A stretch of 64,000 nt of DNA from Candidatus Bathyarchaeia archaeon (lineage in GTDB: Archaea > Thermoproteota > Bathyarchaeia > Bathyarchaeales > Bathycorpusculaceae), in assembly GCA_050012255.1 (NCBI GenBank), contig JBEKHN010000001.1, positions 128,001 to 192,000 of the forward strand. Direction: 5' to 3'. The notes beneath the pieces are model-generated. The model was not told the DNA's origin. It saw only the letters and a program-made list of their open reading frames with translations, and made no database searches. The translations under genes were made by a program, and so were the position numbers. The first letter of the stretch is position 1. Every line of letters starts with the position of its first letter. This document shows positions 60,902 to 64,000 of this stretch, one piece after another.

Positions 60902-61057
60902 ATTCCCTGCTTCGCGTTTTGACCCGTCTAACACGCTTACTCCCCACCCTCCTAGGTTTTTCTCCAGACGGTACTGTTGATCTAGTCCTTAAGCTGAAGC
61001 TGGCGGGCTCGTCTTGCTTAGTCGTCTTAACCTCAAAATGGGGGGTGGAGGAACTTT
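60902..61057 (+). repeat. Dispersed intergenic repeat, copy 2 (3' of trm5), possibly a structured RNA
   Basis: Shares blocks with 37254-37347; internal complementarity TCCCCACCCTCC / GGGGGGTGGAGGA. Confidence 0.75.
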
Positions 61058-61250
61058 GAAGGCTCGTGCACCTGACAACGTTCGGGTACGCGGGTCGCTT
61101 TTTTAGCGTTGAAAAGGAAGAGGGGCGCGTTCGCATTGGATATGAATGATTGACTACCTGAGGCGTTTCGCGGCGCGCGCTATAGACAATCACCACTTTC
61201 ATGAAAAAGCTTTAATGTTTAGGGCAAAAATAGAGTTGGGGAGTGACATT

Positions 61251-61526
61251 ATAAAAAAGAAGCTGATGGACATACTCGCGTGTCCGATTGATAAGTACTA
61301 CCCGCTTGAGCTGCATGTTTTTGAGGAGAAAGAGGAAATCGTTGAAGGCCTGATCGTGTGCCCGAAATGTTTGAGGTGGTATCCGATTCGTGATGAGATT
61401 CCGGAAATGTTGCCCGACGAGTTGCGGAAAGAGAAGGAAGACTTGCCTTTCTTGAAGAAGTGGAAGGAGAAGGTTCCGGGGAAGATTCTTTCAGAGGGAA
61501 GACCCTTCAACCTCGGGAAAAGCTAG
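61251..61526 (+). CDS. trm112: Trm112-family methyltransferase activator
   Basis: LMDILACP..PLEL, CPKC..YPIRDEIPEMLP; start is ATA 61251 or ATG 61266. Confidence 0.85.
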   Translation: MKKKLMDILACPIDKYYPLELHVFEEKEEIVEGLIVCPKCLRWYPIRDEIPEMLPDELRKEKEDLPFLKKWKEKVPGKILSEGRPFNLGKS

Positions 61527-61540
61527 CGTCGGACACGCTT

Positions 61541-62497
61541 CTACTTGAGCTTGATTATTCTGCCTGTTGCTGAAGACTTCAGAGCTGCCTCAGCTATTCT
61601 GAGGGCTCGCAGGCCGTCTAATCCTGTGACCAGAGGTTTCTCCTTTTCCAGAACGCAGTTTGCAAAGTGGCGGAGCTCAAGCTTCAGCGGTTCTTGCATT
61701 GGGTATCTCGGCTGCAGTGTTTCCTTGGCATCCTCGATCCTTAGCTCCTGTGTGATGTAGTCAAGGTTCATTATGGCCTCGCTTCCCGTGGCGATGAGTA
61801 TCCTGGTCTTGTATGGCGTAAGCCAGTTGGATTCGATAAAAGCAGTCTTCTCACCCTCAAATGTGAGCATTATCTGCGCGTAGTCCTCAAACTTCCCTTG
61901 CCTCATGCTTCCGGTTTTCGCGTAAACGGCGATGGGATCCTTGTTGAAGAGGTACAGCATCACGTCGATATCATGGATCGCTGTGTCCTTGACCACGCCC
62001 ACGTCGCCGAGACGCTCAGGCCACTGAGAAACTCTCTTCGCCGTGGCGCACACGAGTTCACCGATTGTCTTGTCCTCAACCGCCTTCTTGATGTGCTGAA
62101 GCCCAGGGATAAACCGCATCAAGAAGCCAACACTTACGTGCACTCGCTTTTTTTTCGCCGCTTCAAGAAGTTTTTCAGCTTGCCTAACGTTTGCAGCCAT
62201 GGGCTTCTCCACTAGAACATGTTTTCCAGCTTTTACAGCCTCGGTCGCCACCTTTGCAAGACTCGTTGACCACGTTGCCACGCTGATAGCTTCGATGTTT
62301 CTGTCCTGAAGCATCTTTCGAAAGCTCGTGTAAGGTTTTGCCCCAAACTGGGCGGCTGCGCTTCTAGCCCTTTCAGCGTCTATGTCGCACACGGCCAGAA
62401 GCTCTGTCTCTTGCAGTTCCTTGTAGACTCTGGCGTGGTTCTTCCCCCAGAAACCAGTCCCGACGACTGCTACGCCCAGTTTTTTCATTTTGTCCAC
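61541..62497 (-). CDS. Gfo/Idh/MocA oxidoreductase (UDP-sugar 3-dehydrogenase-like)
   Basis: GTGFWG, VEKP, DTAIHDID. Confidence 0.87.
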   Translation of the reverse strand: MDKMKKLGVAVVGTGFWGKNHARVYKELQETELLAVCDIDAERARSAAAQFGAKPYTSFRKMLQDRNIEAISVATWSTSLAKVATEAVKAGKHVLVEKPMAANVRQAEKLLEAAKKKRVHVSVGFLMRFIPGLQHIKKAVEDKTIGELVCATAKRVSQWPERLGDVGVVKDTAIHDIDVMLYLFNKDPIAVYAKTGSMRQGKFEDYAQIMLTFEGEKTAFIESNWLTPYKTRILIATGSEAIMNLDYITQELRIEDAKETLQPRYPMQEPLKLELRHFANCVLEKEKPLVTGLDGLRALRIAEAALKSSATGRIIKLK

Positions 62498-63861
62498 ACC
62501 CCTCTTCCCAAGCCACGGTATATGAAACCTTCCTTTTCTGCCTTCGCCGGTTCTACGATTCTTTCTAAGTCAACGATAGCACTTGGCGTTTTCATCATGA
62601 TCTTCAGTTTGTTAAGACCTAGCCGCTTGAACTGATCGTGGCCTGTGAGTATTACGATGCAGTCTGCGGCCTCAAGGGCTTCTGTTAGGTTTTTCTTGAA
62701 TAGCGGTTTCAAGTCGCCCAGTTCATTCTCCGAGAAGTATGGGTCGTAAAGTCTTATCCTGGCCCCTCTAGCAGTGAGAACCTGTACGACTTGCTTCACG
62801 ATTCTCTTCGGATGGCTTTGGGTGTTGGGCGTCTGCGACAGCCCAAGGAGGGAAACCCTGGATCTTCTAAGCGTTTTTCCACAGCTTCTCAAAGCATCCT
62901 TCACCAAGTTGGCAACGTGCTTTGCTGTCTGTTCGTTTATCTCTCTGGCGGCTGCTGGAATCCGCAACTTCACGTTCTGATTCTCGGCATCCGCCAGCAA
63001 TAGATAGGGTTCCTCTTGGACGTTCTCGTTGGAAAGGACGGGCGGCTCAAGACTACTCACACTTCCAGCCAAGAGCTCGTTTGCCTCAAAATAGTCAACG
63101 CCGATTTTCTCGCAGAAGAGGGCTAGCTCGTTTGCAAGCGCAACGGCGACATCTTTTTGCTGAACTTGGAAGAGGGCAGCCGCCTCTGCTGCTTTCATGT
63201 TTGCAGTCTTTTCTAGACCGCCTCTTGAGACCAGAGCCAACACGGTTGAGGCAGCGTTCAGGCTGTTTCTTTCAGTTGCTGCCACCAGTCGGGGGCGGTC
63301 TGCGGTTGTTGCTGAACCTTGACTGGATAGAACATGGAACGGACTGTATGCTAATCCGAAGTCTGTGCCAACCTTGAACCCGGAACTGTTTTCAAGCGTC
63401 TCTTTAACGGTGCCCTCGACGATGCCTATCCCAATTAGCTTCACGAAGATGACAAGCGACCCGAGTCGAAGACTTGAGCCTATTCGTTTGCACACACCCT
63501 CCACGTTTGAGTAGTCAGGCTTTTTCCTACCGTCAGTTCTCACTGGAATTGTGACCACGATTATGTCACTCGGGGAGACTGCTTTCTTAATGTCGCTTGT
63601 TGCAGTTAAACGGCCTTTCCTCACTTGCTCTTTTATCTTCCCCTCTGTTTCGCTTCGTGAAAACGGAGTTCTTCCTCTGGCAACGTTGTTGACCACGTTC
63701 TGGTCTGCGTCAAAGCACACGACTTTGAAACCAGCTTCGGCGAAAAGTGCAGCGTGGTGAATTCCGACCTGTCCGCAGCCTACTATGCACACAGTGTATT
63801 TTCCGCATTTCTCGACGGTGTTGAGGTCTTCAGGTTTTGCGTTCATTATCGGCAAGGACAT
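62485..63861 (-). CDS. Nucleotide-sugar 6-dehydrogenase homolog (WecC/WbpA family), catalytic motifs degenerate
   Basis: GCGQVG Rossmann motif, DFGLAYSP, ALANEL, AREIN, YDPY, TGHDQF; lacks GGHC. Confidence 0.8.
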   Translation of the reverse strand: MSLPIMNAKPEDLNTVEKCGKYTVCIVGCGQVGIHHAALFAEAGFKVVCFDADQNVVNNVARGRTPFSRSETEGKIKEQVRKGRLTATSDIKKAVSPSDIIVVTIPVRTDGRKKPDYSNVEGVCKRIGSSLRLGSLVIFVKLIGIGIVEGTVKETLENSSGFKVGTDFGLAYSPFHVLSSQGSATTADRPRLVAATERNSLNAASTVLALVSRGGLEKTANMKAAEAAALFQVQQKDVAVALANELALFCEKIGVDYFEANELLAGSVSSLEPPVLSNENVQEEPYLLLADAENQNVKLRIPAAAREINEQTAKHVANLVKDALRSCGKTLRRSRVSLLGLSQTPNTQSHPKRIVKQVVQVLTARGARIRLYDPYFSENELGDLKPLFKKNLTEALEAADCIVILTGHDQFKRLGLNKLKIMMKTPSAIVDLERIVEPAKAEKEGFIYRGLGRGVWTK

Positions 63862-63894
63862 ATGATTCTTCTCTCCCAGAAGGGTATTGGAGGT

Positions 63895-64000
63895 TTAACG
63901 GTTCAGGTTGGCAACTATTTTCCTAAGCCTTAGGGTGTACTCTTTGACAAGCTTTTGGGCTTTTCGCTCCGTCTTGGCCTCTGCGTACAGTCTGTAGATA
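63895..64000 (-). CDS. 3' end of phosphohexomutase (PMM/PGM/GlmM), partial at window edge
   Basis: Reverse strand reads IYRLYAEAKTERKAQKLVKEY..*, typical of domain 4 after SGTEP. Confidence 0.7.
   Translation of the reverse strand, partial: IYRLYAEAKTERKAQKLVKEYTLRLRKIVANLNR

Noticed and set aside
60902-61100. RNase P or SRP RNA
   Set aside because: Only a partial AAAGTTCCTCCACC resemblance; the conserved GAGGAAAGUCC/ACAGAA..GCUUA pair and the SRP helix-8 motif were not found

Overview
Archaeal chromosomal window. Gene content and order point to the TACK superphylum, most likely Bathyarchaeia (inferred from gene repertoire, not from a marker phylogeny). The backbone is core information-processing genes: rpl10e, dph2, csl4, rpoL, tfs, PCNA, priL, priS, gins15, rpl44e, rps27e, aIF2-alpha, nop10, PAC2, gins23-mcm, rfcSL and rpoP. 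It also carries a group 3 [NiFe]-hydrogenase, ppsA, nitrogen-assimilation genes (amt, gdh, FMN glutamate synthase-like), fumC and glyA. I saw no rRNA, tRNA, CRISPR array, integrase or transposase. Points of most interest: (1) two tandem secreted beta-helix(/beta-propeller) proteins ending in near-identical dockerin-like modules, flanked by a 13-bp direct repeat; (2) an archaeosortase plus a PEF-CTERM-tagged cupredoxin, with glycosylation cassettes wedged into the replication/translation superoperon; (3) a translin-EndoV-HD-tRNA-binding operon; (4) an unannotated dispersed 3'-intergenic repeat (31/33 nt core) after mcm and trm5; (5) a 300-bp element bounded by 54-bp inverted repeats upstream of PCNA; (6) a nucleotide-sugar dehydrogenase lacking catalytic residues; (7) several 5'-truncated or decayed genes.
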